From the IMG/VR virus record IMGVR_UViG_3300032236_002285, positions 124,001-188,000 of that record: a stretch of DNA of 64,000 nucleotides. The stretch is one strand, 5' to 3'. Positions 28,268 through 39,660 of the stretch are shown piece by piece. A program made the translations under genes and the position numbers. How positions within the stretch are numbered: the stretch's first letter is position 1; the number at the start of each line of letters is the position of its first letter. The notes beneath the pieces are model-generated. The model searched no databases. It worked only from the letters and a program-made list of their open reading frames with translations, and was not told the DNA's origin.

Positions 28268-30181
28268 ATGATTTTTAGTTACAATACATTTTTGAGACCG
28301 GTAACACCAACTGATAATAATATTCAAATATTAGATAATAATGGTGTTGTTGTTTATACAATAAACCCATTTTCTATAGGAACTACAAGAGTTTCAAATA
28401 ATGTTTTAGAAATATCTTTTAAAAGTGGTAAAACAATACCTCTTCAATTTTCTTCTCAAAATGAAGCTAAAGTGGCTTTAAGTTTACTTCAGTCACAAAT
28501 TGATATACTTTTAACAAAGACTCCAACCGTTATTGATACTCAAATTAAAAACTACATTGAATATGTAGTTAGTTTAAGTAGCTCTTCTGGTACATCAGGT
28601 AGCTCAGGTTCAAGTGGTTCTTCAGGTGTTGATGGTACATTTTATGGTTCGTCAGGCTCTTCCGGTATTAATGGTACTTCAGGTATTAATGGTACTTCAG
28701 GAGTTAATGGCACCTCTGGTCATAATGGTACCTCAGGTGCTAACGGTACATCGGGATCTGATGGTACATCCGGACACAATGGGTTAAATGGTAGCTCAGG
28801 TACATCGGGGACATCAGGCATTTCTGATATTTTACATGGTACATCTTCTACTTATCTTTCGGTTCCAGATGTTGAAGAGTTTGTATTTTTAACAACACAA
28901 CCTGGTTTAGGTTTTTCAACAAATCAAACAGTTGTTGTTTTTGATGATGTTAATGGTTACGCTAACTATTATTATATTGATGGTGATGATACTTTAGGTA
29001 TATTTTATGGTTATATTGACTCTTATGATCAGCAAACAGGTGACATGAGTATTTACACAGCTTTATCTTTTAATGTTGGTTCAACATCAAGTAATTGGGG
29101 TATCAATTTAGCTGGTATACCTGGATCGAGTGGTTCAACTGGTGTATCTGGTACATCTGGTTCAAGTGGCACATCTGGTCACTCTGGTACTTCTGGTTCA
29201 AGTGGATCATCAGGGACTTCTGGTTTAAATGGCTCTTCGGGTACATCTGGATCAAGTAGCACATCTGGATCAAGCGGCACATCGGGTAGCTCAGGATCAA
29301 GTGGGTCAAGCGGATCATCAGGAACTACATCAACTGGTCCTCAAAACTATACTCAAGTTTTAGGATCAAAAGTAACTGGTGTAACAACCACAGGCGTCAC
29401 TCTTGTTTCTGGTAGTATTACTACAAATGGTGGACCTGTTAGTATTACAGCTACTGGTGATGCAAACCCTCAAGGTGGCACAGCTTGGGTAAGATTGCAA
29501 ATATACAGAAATAGCACACCAGTTGGTCAAATAATACAAGCTGAGAATGGTTCAAATTTAAATATACCTTATTGTGTTACATTTATTGATACACCAAGTG
29601 CAGGTACTTATACCTATTCAATGAGAACTGTTAGTGGTATAGCTGGAACATTGGACTTTGGTGAAGTTAATGGTCCAACACTAACTATGATTGAATTAAC
29701 GGGTTCTGGTACATCTGGATCATCAGGTTCTGCTGGTACATCAGGTAGTTCGGGTACTTCACCATCAACAGATTTAACATTAAGTGGAAATTTAGTTGTT
29801 AATGGTCAATCAACATTTACAGAGGTAACAGAGGTTATCAATCAAATACCAGCTGGTGCTACTGCTTCAACTGTTACATATGATTTCAGTAATGGTGATA
29901 TTTGGTATCATGGAACAGCTTCTCAAAACTTTACAGCTAATTTTATAAATGTACCTACTACAACTTGGAGAACAATTACTACTACAATTTTAATTAATCA
30001 AGGTCCTACTGCTTATATACCAACTACTGTAAAAATAAATGGTACTGCTTCTACTGTAAAATGGGCAGGTGGAACTGCTTCAGGTACAGCTAATGGAGTT
30101 GATATAATTGGATTTAGTTTTATCTATACAAATAGTGGTATTCCTACTCAAGTGTTAGGTCAAATAAATTCATTTAGTTAA
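28268..30181 (+). CDS. tail fibre-like protein with Gly-X-Y (SGT/SGS/NGT) repeats
   Basis: Three tracts of SGTSGSSG / NGTSG triplet repeats separated by globular domains. Confidence 0.7.
   Translation: MIFSYNTFLRPVTPTDNNIQILDNNGVVVYTINPFSIGTTRVSNNVLEISFKSGKTIPLQFSSQNEAKVALSLLQSQIDILLTKTPTVIDTQIKNYIEYVVSLSSSSGTSGSSGSSGSSGVDGTFYGSSGSSGINGTSGINGTSGVNGTSGHNGTSGANGTSGSDGTSGHNGLNGSSGTSGTSGISDILHGTSSTYLSVPDVEEFVFLTTQPGLGFSTNQTVVVFDDVNGYANYYYIDGDDTLGIFYGYIDSYDQQTGDMSIYTALSFNVGSTSSNWGINLAGIPGSSGSTGVSGTSGSSGTSGHSGTSGSSGSSGTSGLNGSSGTSGSSSTSGSSGTSGSSGSSGSSGSSGTTSTGPQNYTQVLGSKVTGVTTTGVTLVSGSITTNGGPVSITATGDANPQGGTAWVRLQIYRNSTPVGQIIQAENGSNLNIPYCVTFIDTPSAGTYTYSMRTVSGIAGTLDFGEVNGPTLTMIELTGSGTSGSSGSAGTSGSSGTSPSTDLTLSGNLVVNGQSTFTEVTEVINQIPAGATASTVTYDFSNGDIWYHGTASQNFTANFINVPTTTWRTITTTILINQGPTAYIPTTVKINGTASTVKWAGGTASGTANGVDIIGFSFIYTNSGIPTQVLGQINSFS
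28585..28820 (+). repeat. coding Gly-Ser-Thr triplet repeat tract 1 (tracts 2 and 3 at about 29120-29330 and 29705-29765)
   Basis: Degenerate 9/18-nt units such as AATGGTACTTCAGGT. Confidence 0.85.
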
Positions 30182-30182
30182 T

Positions 30183-32267
30183 ATGATATCAAGAATTAGT
30201 AACTTTTCAGGACCTTTATCACCAGCTTTTAGAATACTAGTTGGTGGATTTACAACTGATGGATTAATTTTAAGATATGAAATATCTGATAATAATTCAT
30301 ATTCAGGTACTAATATTATTACCGACTTAGCTTTTAATAGTAATGCCACATTATATAATGGTCCAACATATTCTATAAACGGCTACATAAATTTTGATGG
30401 TGCTAATGATTATTTACTTACAAACACATCACTCAATTCTAAATTATCACCGATTAATACATCATCTATAATATCACATTTTATTTGGATTTATCCAACT
30501 GATAATGGTGTTATTGTTTCTGAACAAGGAAATCCACCATTAAATTCAGGTTGGCATGATTCTCAAATTGAAATAGTTGCTGGAAATTTAAAATTTGGAT
30601 TATGGCAATCTCCTGGTGGTGTATCAAGTCTAAACTCATCAATTACAACTCCATTTTATAATTGGTATTATGTTGGTCTTACTTATGATGGTGCTATAAT
30701 GAGAGGTTATGTAAATGGTCAATTTGCTGGTTCTAAATCGGTTTCAAGGTGGACACCATATAATAACGGAGGAGGTGTTGGATTAAACTATGCTATTGCT
30801 GCTAATGATGTTACAAGTTTAGGTGATGGTAGTCCAGCTAAAATGAAGTTAGGTGCTTTTCATGTTTATAACACAGCTCTTAGTCAGCAACAAGTTCTTA
30901 ATAATTACAATTATACTAAATCTGATTATATTTATACTGGTAGTATGTCTATTTGGCTTGATGCTAATGATCCAGAAAGTTTCTCAGGTGGTTTAGTTAA
31001 TGATTTAAGTGGTAATAATTATACACATACTCTAACATCAGGTGCTACTTCATCTACAATATTTGGTTTTAAATCTTTTGACTGTACCACTGGACTTAAA
31101 AGAATTGAAGTTAATGGTACAGGACCTACACTACCAACAACTGGATATACATATGTTGTATGGGCACGACTTATAAGTGATAATTTCTCATCATATAGAA
31201 CTTTACTTTATACAAACATATCAGGTGATAAATATACACCAATTACTGTTCCCAATGGGACAAATACATTAGGATGGTGGGATAGAAGCGCCGGTCAGTT
31301 CAGATCTTCTGGGTATGGTCTAACATCTTCTGTTGATGTTTGGGTCCAATATGCTGTTGTTGGTGATAGTTCTTCACAAACATACTATATAAATGATACA
31401 CAAGTAGGAAACTCAGTTCCTTACGGTATTAGTGGCACAACTACACATTGGGGATTAGGTAATAATGCTATAGCTGGTCAACCTTTTGGTTATGTTGGAA
31501 ATATGATGTTTTATAGTAAGAAACTAGCACTGAGTGAGATTAAACAAAACTATGATGCCTTAAAGCATGTTTATGTTAATGGAAATTTTGTAATTAATAA
31601 TTTAAGACTTTATTTTAATCCAGATAGTTATTTAAGTTATCCAGGCTCTGGAACAACTGTTAATGATTTAAGTGGAAATTCATTAAATGGTACAATTTCA
31701 AATATTACTTTTAATAAATCATATTTTACATTTAATGGTTCTAATTCACAAATTGCTATTGCTGATAATGCTTTATTAGAGTCCGGCTCAGGAGATTGGA
31801 CTATGGAGTCTTGGTTTAATACTAACACCAGTTCCGGAAGTCAAGTTGTTTTAGGTAAATTTAGTGGAGGTAACTCATCTGATGTTTCTTATTCTATAAG
31901 AATTAGTGGTACATCATTATTCTCTCAAATTGGTAATGGATTGGGTGGTACATTAAATGTAAACTATGCTAATTCTACATCTTATACAATAAATACCAAT
32001 ACATGGTATCAAATTGTTTACGTTTATTCAAATAGTACTGATACTTTCAAAACTTATATAAACGGTAGTTTGATAGGTTCTATTTCTTGTACTATTGGTA
32101 ACCTACTTAATAACTCAGCAAATTTATACATAGGTTCATTTAATAATGGTCAGTTTGCTCAATATTTTAGTGGTCAAATTGGTATAGTAAGATTATATAG
32201 CTCTGCTTTAAGTGATTCTGATGTTTCTAAAAACTTTGAAGCAAGTAGAAGTATCTATAGTATTTAA
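30183..32267 (+). CDS. tail protein with three LamG/concanavalin-A-like domains
   Basis: Three repeats of L...D...SY.G.G..V.DLSGN...; FDGANDY; WY.V..TY...YVNG; Y..ALS..EI.QNY. Confidence 0.8.
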   Translation: MISRISNFSGPLSPAFRILVGGFTTDGLILRYEISDNNSYSGTNIITDLAFNSNATLYNGPTYSINGYINFDGANDYLLTNTSLNSKLSPINTSSIISHFIWIYPTDNGVIVSEQGNPPLNSGWHDSQIEIVAGNLKFGLWQSPGGVSSLNSSITTPFYNWYYVGLTYDGAIMRGYVNGQFAGSKSVSRWTPYNNGGGVGLNYAIAANDVTSLGDGSPAKMKLGAFHVYNTALSQQQVLNNYNYTKSDYIYTGSMSIWLDANDPESFSGGLVNDLSGNNYTHTLTSGATSSTIFGFKSFDCTTGLKRIEVNGTGPTLPTTGYTYVVWARLISDNFSSYRTLLYTNISGDKYTPITVPNGTNTLGWWDRSAGQFRSSGYGLTSSVDVWVQYAVVGDSSSQTYYINDTQVGNSVPYGISGTTTHWGLGNNAIAGQPFGYVGNMMFYSKKLALSEIKQNYDALKHVYVNGNFVINNLRLYFNPDSYLSYPGSGTTVNDLSGNSLNGTISNITFNKSYFTFNGSNSQIAIADNALLESGSGDWTMESWFNTNTSSGSQVVLGKFSGGNSSDVSYSIRISGTSLFSQIGNGLGGTLNVNYANSTSYTINTNTWYQIVYVYSNSTDTFKTYINGSLIGSISCTIGNLLNNSANLYIGSFNNGQFAQYFSGQIGIVRLYSSALSDSDVSKNFEASRSIYSI

Positions 32268-32342
32268 AGTTTTTATCTACTCAAATTGATAAAATTATAT
32301 TTTATAATTTAATATATACCTTATAAAAATAATTAGACAAAA

Positions 32343-35300
32343 ATGGGTTTAGTATTAAGAACTTCACATATGCCTATGCCAATAGGAGCAACCGTATCTA
32401 ACCATAGATTAACAGTTGAGCAAATGGATAACAACTTTATCTTTTTGCAAAATTTATCACATAGTATATCACCTTTAACCGTTAGTGAGGCAAAAGATTT
32501 AATGTCTTCATCTGGGGTTGTAACTGGTCAGTTCTATTTAATCACAGATGCTGCTCCTTATTTATATGGCACACAGAGTGATTTTGGGTTTGGAGATGGT
32601 ACAAATATAATTGTTCAAGGTTTAGATGAAAATACATTTTCTACAAATGGTTGGGGTAAGTTTTATAACCCTAAATATAACGATTATGATGTTTGGGATT
32701 ACGGAGCTTCTTATAGCGTAAGTTCTATTGTTATTTATGGTGGTCGTGTTTGGCATAAGGCTACCAGTACAGGTAATGATGGTAGTAATGATTACTTGAA
32801 TCTTGATACTGACTGGGTTCCATTGTCTCATCTTGATGAAACATATTATAATGTTGTTTGGGATGAAATCGAACATATTATTGATGCTGAAGTTTATGGG
32901 TATGGTGATCCAATTTCTTTTATATCTTCTAGATATGATGCTAGAAATAATAACTTAGTTAAAAATAATCTTGCTGTTTTATTTTATTACTGTCAAATGG
33001 ATCCTATTCAAGGATTTAGATGGGGTCACGATTTAAATTTGATAGATAATAAAGGTGTTGGTAATTGTGAGGTTATTAACTCATACTTGGGTTGTTTGAA
33101 TTTTGTCTCAGGTTCAATTTATGATATTTATTTAACAGGATTTTCTCATATTTATGATATAAATTTAAGATCTTCTTCACTTTACGGTATTAAACTAAGT
33201 AATAATTCGGGTTTACATAATTTTAGTGTTGTTGATGGTTCAAGTATTTATGGTGTTGAGATAGATAATGATTCTAGCTTTTATAACTTTGATATAAGTG
33301 GTTATATATCAAACGTTAAAATATCCAATAACTCTGATATACATAATTTTGCCTTAGAAGGTTATATGAATGATATAACAGTTGAGAATAATTCTGTAAT
33401 TAATTTAGATAATGAGTTATATGGTACATTTGAATCTATATTGGTTAGTAATTCTTCATCTTTTAATAGTATCTACCTAGATAACAATAATTCAATTTCA
33501 AATATTACTGTAAGTGATGGCTCGGAATTTTCAAATGTAAGTTTATATGATAATTCATATATTGAATATGTAGAGGTTCGCCTTAATTCTAATTTTGGAT
33601 ATATGAATTATTATAATGATGCTTATGTTGAGAACATTATATGTGAGAATGAGAGTTCAATAGGTTATGCTAGTCTATATGATACTAACTTGGATTCTAT
33701 TAAAGTTAGTAATGATTCCTATATTGAATTTAATAGTAATTTATATGGTGGTTATTTATATGGAATTGATATGACAAATGACTCTTCAATCTATGACTTA
33801 TCAATGACAGCTTCTTCTTATATTGACACTGTTAGAATGGATAATGGTTTAATTCAAAATATAGAGATGACTAATAGTGGTTATTTGGAAACATTAACTA
33901 TAGAAACAAACTCTTATATAGAAAACTTGTACCTTGATAACTCATATATTCAATATGTTAATATTTCTGAAAATTCTAGTATTTCTTACTTACAAGATGA
34001 CTATGGGATGTACAATTCATATTTGACCTATATTGAAATATCAAATAATTCGGCTATTGCTTATACATATATGGATAATTCATATATGGAATATATTAAA
34101 CTTACCAATGAATCATATATAGGTGGTTTATTTTTGAATAGAAATAATAGCACATCCGAGTCTTATCTTTCAAATATTGATTTAACAAATAACTCATATA
34201 TATCTGATGATGATGATACTATCTATCTTGATAAAGGTTCTTATTTCCAATATGTAAATTTGGAAAATAACTCATATATAACTGGTTATATGAAATTAAT
34301 TAGTTCAAATTTAAGTAATATAACACTTACTAATGATTCTTATATTGATGCTGGTTATCATGCTGATGGTGACAATGTTGATAATTATGGTAATTATAGC
34401 TATAAAATGGAGTTACATAACTCTAATATATCTCAGTTAACACTTAATAACAACTCATATGTAGGATATGGTCATATATCTTTAACAGCTTCATCTGCTA
34501 TATACAATGTTACTTTAGACAACTTCTCTTATATTAGAAGCTGGATATCATTAGATGATTCTGGTATGGGTCATTTCTCATTAACTAACCACTCTAAATT
34601 TGGTAAAACAAGTAGCAATGGTTCAATTGAATTATATAATGGTTCGGCTATTGAATACTTAACTATGGATAATGCACTATTAGATGGTTTTATTTATATG
34701 GATAACTCATCTATGATACAAGTTAATTTAAATGGTTTGCCTAATCCAGATGATGGTAATTTTGGTAATAGTAATTATTCAAACTACTATGATTTTGATA
34801 TCAATAGCGCAACATTTGGTGAGGATATTGAATTATATGATTCGTTCTTACAGGATATACAAGTTTCTAATGGTGGTCACTTTGGTGGTAATTATGGTAG
34901 CATTTATCTTGAATCTAACTCATTTATGAGATCTATAAAATTAGATAATGGTTCTATTTTCACAGATGTTTATTTAGGTAAGTCAAGAATGGAGTATGTA
35001 GAAGTAACTAACGGTTCTTATATCTATAATATAGATTTAGAAGGTACTGATGGTTCATCAATTACATATTTAACCGTTAATAACTATTCATATTTTGGTG
35101 ATTATATTTATTTAGATAATGCTTCAATGCAATTTATTGAAATTGATAATAACTCACAACTACAAGGTAGTAATCACGGTGATGGTGATATTAGTTTGTA
35201 TAGCGGTTCTTATTTAGAAAATATTAAATTATCTAACTACTCTCAAATTACAGGACCTTTATCTTTACATGACACTTCATATTTTACTTTAATTGAGTTA

Positions 35301-37382
35301 AGTAACTATTCTCAAATTACTGGTGCTAATAACGAAATTCAATTACATAGTGGATCTTACTTTGAAGCAATTAAATTAGATACTGAATCTGCTATAACAG
35401 CATATGATACTGATAATATTTACTTATCATCTTCTGATATTAGTAGTATTGACTTATCAAATCGTTCAACATTCTTTGGAGATGTTTCTCTTTATGATGG
35501 TTCTTATATGAGAAACTTTAATATCACAAATAATTCATCATTTGGTGGTGGTATTTACTTAGGAGATTCTGGTGCTGGTTACATCACTAACCTATCAATA
35601 GATAACAATAGTCAATTTGTTGGCTATATAGATAATGATAGTATTAATTTATATAATGGCTCTACAATTGATAGTGTTAAATTATCTAATGATTCAGCAT
35701 TTACTGGTTATATAGAAATGGGTGAAGGTTCTTACTTTACAGATATTTCTATTGAAAATAACTCTTATATAAGTGGTGATATTTACATCTATTTAGGTTC
35801 TACCGTTAAAAATATTAATATACTAAATGATTCTTATATCGAGGGTTACATGGATATTTATGGTGGTTATGTTAATGATATTAATATTAGTAACTACTCA
35901 TTTATGGGTAATACAACTGAACAAGGTGGTATAAAAGTATATAATAATGCCACATTGGAATATATTACAATTAATAATTATTCAAGATTTAATAGCGTTT
36001 ATTTAACTGATTCTAATACTAAGTTTTACTATGTAAGCTTAAATAACTATTCATATATTGACCCTAATACTAATTTTTATGGCAACTCTTATTTAAATTT
36101 GAGTAGTGCCTCTGAGATGAAGTATATTGAGTTAGATAACCACTCTCATATTAAAGGAAATCTTTTGTTATCTGCTTCTTATATTAAGAGACTACAAATG
36201 GCTAACTATTCTAAAATTGATGGTGATAACTATCTTTCTAATTCACATATTCAGTATTTCTCAATGTTGAATGTTAGTGATAACTCTGGTCAATCTTGCT
36301 ATGGTCCAGGCTTTAACAATTTCTATTTAAGTAATAGTTATATGGAAGGCATCGATCTTAAATGGTCAACTATGGCTGGTTTAACTATAGAGAATAGTTC
36401 TACAATAGAAGGTTTACAAGTATCTAATAGTGGTATATTTAATACACAATTATATAACAACTCTCATATCTATTCAACCAAGATTAATGATTCTTATATT
36501 GATGGTAATGTTAATTACAGTAATGGTTATAGATATGGTGGATTATATTTAGATAGTTCATCAATTATAGCTAGTGTTGATTTTAATGATGTTGGATTCC
36601 CTAATTGGAATGATAGTGAAAATGGTATCTACTTACATAACTCATCTTTTACTAATATATCTTGGAATGATGCTTATACTCAAAGAGTTGTAGCTACTTC
36701 TTCTAATATTGATTCACTTACGTTATTAAGTAACTCTTATTTGGGATATGTTAATTTAAGTGATTCTAATATATATGCTAGTGAGTTAAAAATATCATCA
36801 TTGGATACAATATCTCTTAATAATGCTACCTGGTTTGGTTTATTCTTGAAACAATCTACTATATATGATTATAGACCATCGAGTGGGTTAGATATTTACA
36901 ATCTTGATATGACTGGTTCAGAATTTAACTTAGGTAATACATCAGATACTTATGATTTTAACGAAACATTTGCTCAATATAACACTATAAAACATCAGTT
37001 CGAGTTTAATTTTAGTGGTTCAACTGGTAATGGTGCGGTTGGCTTAGTTGATATTCCAAGAGTTCTAGTACCTGGTGATTATTGGTATATAGAAAAAGTA
37101 ATATTAGACTCAACTAACTTAACAACTTCTGGCACAGCTTCTTTAAGTTTAGGTATTCAAGATACCGATTCTGATTGTGGAGTTGACCATGCTCTTGTTA
37201 GTGATTTGAATAATAGAGTTAGAGTTTTTGATTTATCAAATGGCTTGGCGAATGGTGCTAAATCTTATTCACATGCTATTGACCAAATATCAATGAATGT
37301 TCACACTGCTAACATAACAGGTGGAAATATTAAGGTAGAAGTTACCCTTAAAAATACAAATTATTATAACAGCAATGACTAA
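32343..37382 (+). CDS. 1679-aa long beta-helix tail fibre/spike
   Basis: N-term LTVEQMDNNF.FL fibre-type motif; very long run of about 10-11-residue repeats (I.NI.L.N.SYI). Confidence 0.7.
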   Translation: MGLVLRTSHMPMPIGATVSNHRLTVEQMDNNFIFLQNLSHSISPLTVSEAKDLMSSSGVVTGQFYLITDAAPYLYGTQSDFGFGDGTNIIVQGLDENTFSTNGWGKFYNPKYNDYDVWDYGASYSVSSIVIYGGRVWHKATSTGNDGSNDYLNLDTDWVPLSHLDETYYNVVWDEIEHIIDAEVYGYGDPISFISSRYDARNNNLVKNNLAVLFYYCQMDPIQGFRWGHDLNLIDNKGVGNCEVINSYLGCLNFVSGSIYDIYLTGFSHIYDINLRSSSLYGIKLSNNSGLHNFSVVDGSSIYGVEIDNDSSFYNFDISGYISNVKISNNSDIHNFALEGYMNDITVENNSVINLDNELYGTFESILVSNSSSFNSIYLDNNNSISNITVSDGSEFSNVSLYDNSYIEYVEVRLNSNFGYMNYYNDAYVENIICENESSIGYASLYDTNLDSIKVSNDSYIEFNSNLYGGYLYGIDMTNDSSIYDLSMTASSYIDTVRMDNGLIQNIEMTNSGYLETLTIETNSYIENLYLDNSYIQYVNISENSSISYLQDDYGMYNSYLTYIEISNNSAIAYTYMDNSYMEYIKLTNESYIGGLFLNRNNSTSESYLSNIDLTNNSYISDDDDTIYLDKGSYFQYVNLENNSYITGYMKLISSNLSNITLTNDSYIDAGYHADGDNVDNYGNYSYKMELHNSNISQLTLNNNSYVGYGHISLTASSAIYNVTLDNFSYIRSWISLDDSGMGHFSLTNHSKFGKTSSNGSIELYNGSAIEYLTMDNALLDGFIYMDNSSMIQVNLNGLPNPDDGNFGNSNYSNYYDFDINSATFGEDIELYDSFLQDIQVSNGGHFGGNYGSIYLESNSFMRSIKLDNGSIFTDVYLGKSRMEYVEVTNGSYIYNIDLEGTDGSSITYLTVNNYSYFGDYIYLDNASMQFIEIDNNSQLQGSNHGDGDISLYSGSYLENIKLSNYSQITGPLSLHDTSYFTLIELSNYSQITGANNEIQLHSGSYFEAIKLDTESAITAYDTDNIYLSSSDISSIDLSNRSTFFGDVSLYDGSYMRNFNITNNSSFGGGIYLGDSGAGYITNLSIDNNSQFVGYIDNDSINLYNGSTIDSVKLSNDSAFTGYIEMGEGSYFTDISIENNSYISGDIYIYLGSTVKNINILNDSYIEGYMDIYGGYVNDINISNYSFMGNTTEQGGIKVYNNATLEYITINNYSRFNSVYLTDSNTKFYYVSLNNYSYIDPNTNFYGNSYLNLSSASEMKYIELDNHSHIKGNLLLSASYIKRLQMANYSKIDGDNYLSNSHIQYFSMLNVSDNSGQSCYGPGFNNFYLSNSYMEGIDLKWSTMAGLTIENSSTIEGLQVSNSGIFNTQLYNNSHIYSTKINDSYIDGNVNYSNGYRYGGLYLDSSSIIASVDFNDVGFPNWNDSENGIYLHNSSFTNISWNDAYTQRVVATSSNIDSLTLLSNSYLGYVNLSDSNIYASELKISSLDTISLNNATWFGLFLKQSTIYDYRPSSGLDIYNLDMTGSEFNLGNTSDTYDFNETFAQYNTIKHQFEFNFSGSTGNGAVGLVDIPRVLVPGDYWYIEKVILDSTNLTTSGTASLSLGIQDTDSDCGVDHALVSDLNNRVRVFDLSNGLANGAKSYSHAIDQISMNVHTANITGGNIKVEVTLKNTNYYNSND

Positions 37383-38136
37383 TAAACAAAACAAAGGTTC
37401 AAGAGGAACCCAGAGTATCAGCAAAAATTATAGTTTGACTACATCAGACTCAGCTACATTTAGTTATGAACAAGGTAATAACTTATTTAGTCAACAATTA
37501 GCTAGTAAAGGTATTACATTTAGTTCAATGACTGAATCTGTACCTAGAACACCTAAAGGTAAAACTCAAAGTGATTACAAGGGTTCTACATTCTCATATG
37601 ATAAGAATTTATATTTGAGAACTAAGGAAAATACACCTCAAACTTTTACTTATAGTTTACAAAAAGGAACTCAAAGTCATGGTGTTACACCAAGTCATAA
37701 TCCTTTAAATTTTACTAAAAATACTTTATCATTTAGTAAGAAAACTACAACTACTGGTTATAGAGCATTCAGAGAAGGAGTGGGTACTCAAAGTCATTTT
37801 GAAGTTAAAACTCAAATGCTTAGAAGTACACCAAGTAACTTTTATGTAGCTGGAACCGTAAGTGCTGCTTTTAGTAGACCAAGTATTAAGAAGTTTTATA
37901 TAAAAACTACAGATACAACACCTAAGTTAGATGCTAAATCTCTTGCTGAATTTGTTTCAACTTTATCTAAAACAACAACTGAAGAAGCCACTAAATCAAT
38001 AAAACTAAATAAAGTAACGGTTAATGGGAATTTAGTTACAGATCCTAATCACACGCTTGTTTCGGGTGATGTTGTTAGAGTTGGTTCGGTAGGACACTAT
38101 GTAAATAACAATGAAGGGATAGCAATAGTAAAATAA
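37375..38136 (+). CDS. basic repeat protein with C-terminal S4-like RNA-binding domain
   Basis: C-term EEATKSIKLNKVTVNGNLVTDPNHTLVSGDVVRVG; internal GTQS and TFSY repeats. Confidence 0.6.
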   Translation: MTNKQNKGSRGTQSISKNYSLTTSDSATFSYEQGNNLFSQQLASKGITFSSMTESVPRTPKGKTQSDYKGSTFSYDKNLYLRTKENTPQTFTYSLQKGTQSHGVTPSHNPLNFTKNTLSFSKKTTTTGYRAFREGVGTQSHFEVKTQMLRSTPSNFYVAGTVSAAFSRPSIKKFYIKTTDTTPKLDAKSLAEFVSTLSKTTTEEATKSIKLNKVTVNGNLVTDPNHTLVSGDVVRVGSVGHYVNNNEGIAIVK

Positions 38137-38137
38137 C

Positions 38138-38167
38138 AAAAAAAGAGAGTTTTTAACTCTCTTTTTT
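38138..38167. terminator. bidirectional intrinsic terminator
   Basis: AAAAAAGAGAGT-TTTTA-ACTCTCTTTTTT. Confidence 0.85.
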
Positions 38168-39230
38168 ATTTTACCAATGAAACAAATTCTTCAAACTTAT
38201 AATTTGGAAAATCATTAACATATTTAATACTTACATTAATTTCCACACCAAGTGCCGATTTTATTGTTGATATTAATGACTCTTCTTTTTCCAATAAAGG
38301 TTTTGATATTACTTCTACAATTAAATCTTCAATTGAAGTTTGAGTCATCTTAAACCTTTTTATACCATATTCTTCATGAATATCTCTTGTTCCAAGTAAA
38401 GGCCATTTTTTATCACCATTTGGTAGTACAAACATATTTCTTACTCTACCTTTTATTTCGGTTATTGTTTGTAAAGTTCTACCACAATTACATTCACCTA
38501 ATTCAATATGGTCACCATGTTTATATCTTTTAATATAAGGATTAGTTAAACTGGTTACAATTAATCCGCCATCTTCATCAACCTCACAAATTATATTTTC
38601 CATAACATGTTTTACATTTGGATTATCTGGGCACTCAATAGCTATTGTACCACATTCTTCAGATGAGTATAAAGACCCACCCATTTCACCACTTCCTTTA
38701 ATATCAATAATATTTAATTTACTTAAATCCAATTGTTTTACAATTGAAGGGTTACAATGTAAGTAATCAGGATTCTTTTCTTCCAACCATTTTTGTATAA
38801 CTGAAATAGGTTCATAACCTATCTTAAATGTTTTGCCTTGTATTGGTTCTATATTTCTTGGTATACCCCAATCATTGGTATCTATTGTTTTAGAACCAGG
38901 TCTTATAATAGCTATGTTTTTAGTAACATCCCATTTACGCCATCTTATTTCTCTTATATTTGTAGCTAAATACCATACATAATCTAAATAAGACTTTTGT
39001 ATAGTAACTGGTTCACCGGTGGACCCAGATGTTTTAGACATGTAATAACCTTTTTCCATTTCAATCTTTCTAAGATCCTGTCTGGATATAATAGGCATTT
39101 TATTTATTAGAAAAAAGTTTGGTTTATGCCTCCATTGAGTTTTTTCAAAACCGTCTAAAACCCTTTTAACATCAATATCTAACTTAGAATTCCCAGACAT
39201 AGAATGTATATTCGTTGAAGACTTCAACAT
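38166..39230 (-). CDS. phenylacetate-CoA ligase/CapK-like adenylate-forming (ANL) enzyme
   Basis: TSGSTGEP, YSSEECG, RYKHGD, GRVRNMF motifs; start may be ATG 39200. Confidence 0.8.
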   Translation of the reverse strand: MLKSSTNIHSMSGNSKLDIDVKRVLDGFEKTQWRHKPNFFLINKMPIISRQDLRKIEMEKGYYMSKTSGSTGEPVTIQKSYLDYVWYLATNIREIRWRKWDVTKNIAIIRPGSKTIDTNDWGIPRNIEPIQGKTFKIGYEPISVIQKWLEEKNPDYLHCNPSIVKQLDLSKLNIIDIKGSGEMGGSLYSSEECGTIAIECPDNPNVKHVMENIICEVDEDGGLIVTSLTNPYIKRYKHGDHIELGECNCGRTLQTITEIKGRVRNMFVLPNGDKKWPLLGTRDIHEEYGIKRFKMTQTSIEDLIVEVISKPLLEKEESLISTIKSALGVEINVSIKYVNDFPNYKFEEFVSLVK

Positions 39231-39630
39231 GATTTGGTTTTATTGAGAAGTCTGATTCTTTTGGAAAATTAGCAGCTATTCTCATTTTATCTAATTTATA
39301 ATTAAATGACCTAACTATAAATCTTTTACAATATTTAGAAGCCATTTTTAATAAATTTTCTTGTAGCTCTTTTGTAAAATTAACAACACCATCACCTATT
39401 ATATTATCATAGTAGGTTTTATTATCAGACCAATCACCTATTATCATAGTATCTGATTTATACATAGGGTCTATATCCATCTGATTATCGGTAAATGGTA
39501 TAAGTTTTTTGGTATAACCTAATAGTAATGTAGTACCATTAGTCATATACTTTCTATAAGTATTAACATTCTCTTCAGATGGGCCGTATGGATAAGGAAA
39601 TTCTTGAGCCCAATAACTATTTTCTATCAT
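39184..39630 (-). CDS. small class I methyltransferase-like fold protein
   Basis: TLLLG, MDIDP, IIGDW, IIGDGV pattern, degenerate. Confidence 0.45.
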   Translation of the reverse strand: MIENSYWAQEFPYPYGPSEENVNTYRKYMTNGTTLLLGYTKKLIPFTDNQMDIDPMYKSDTMIIGDWSDNKTYYDNIIGDGVVNFTKELQENLLKMASKYCKRFIVRSFNYKLDKMRIAANFPKESDFSIKPNHVEVFNEYTFYVWEF

Positions 39631-39660
39631 TAAATTTATAAAACTAAAAGTATTAAAAGT

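Noticed and set aside
28268-37382. Diversity-generating retroelement or invertible fibre cassette
   Set aside because: No reverse transcriptase, template/variable repeat pair, recombinase or flanking inverted repeats seen in the window.
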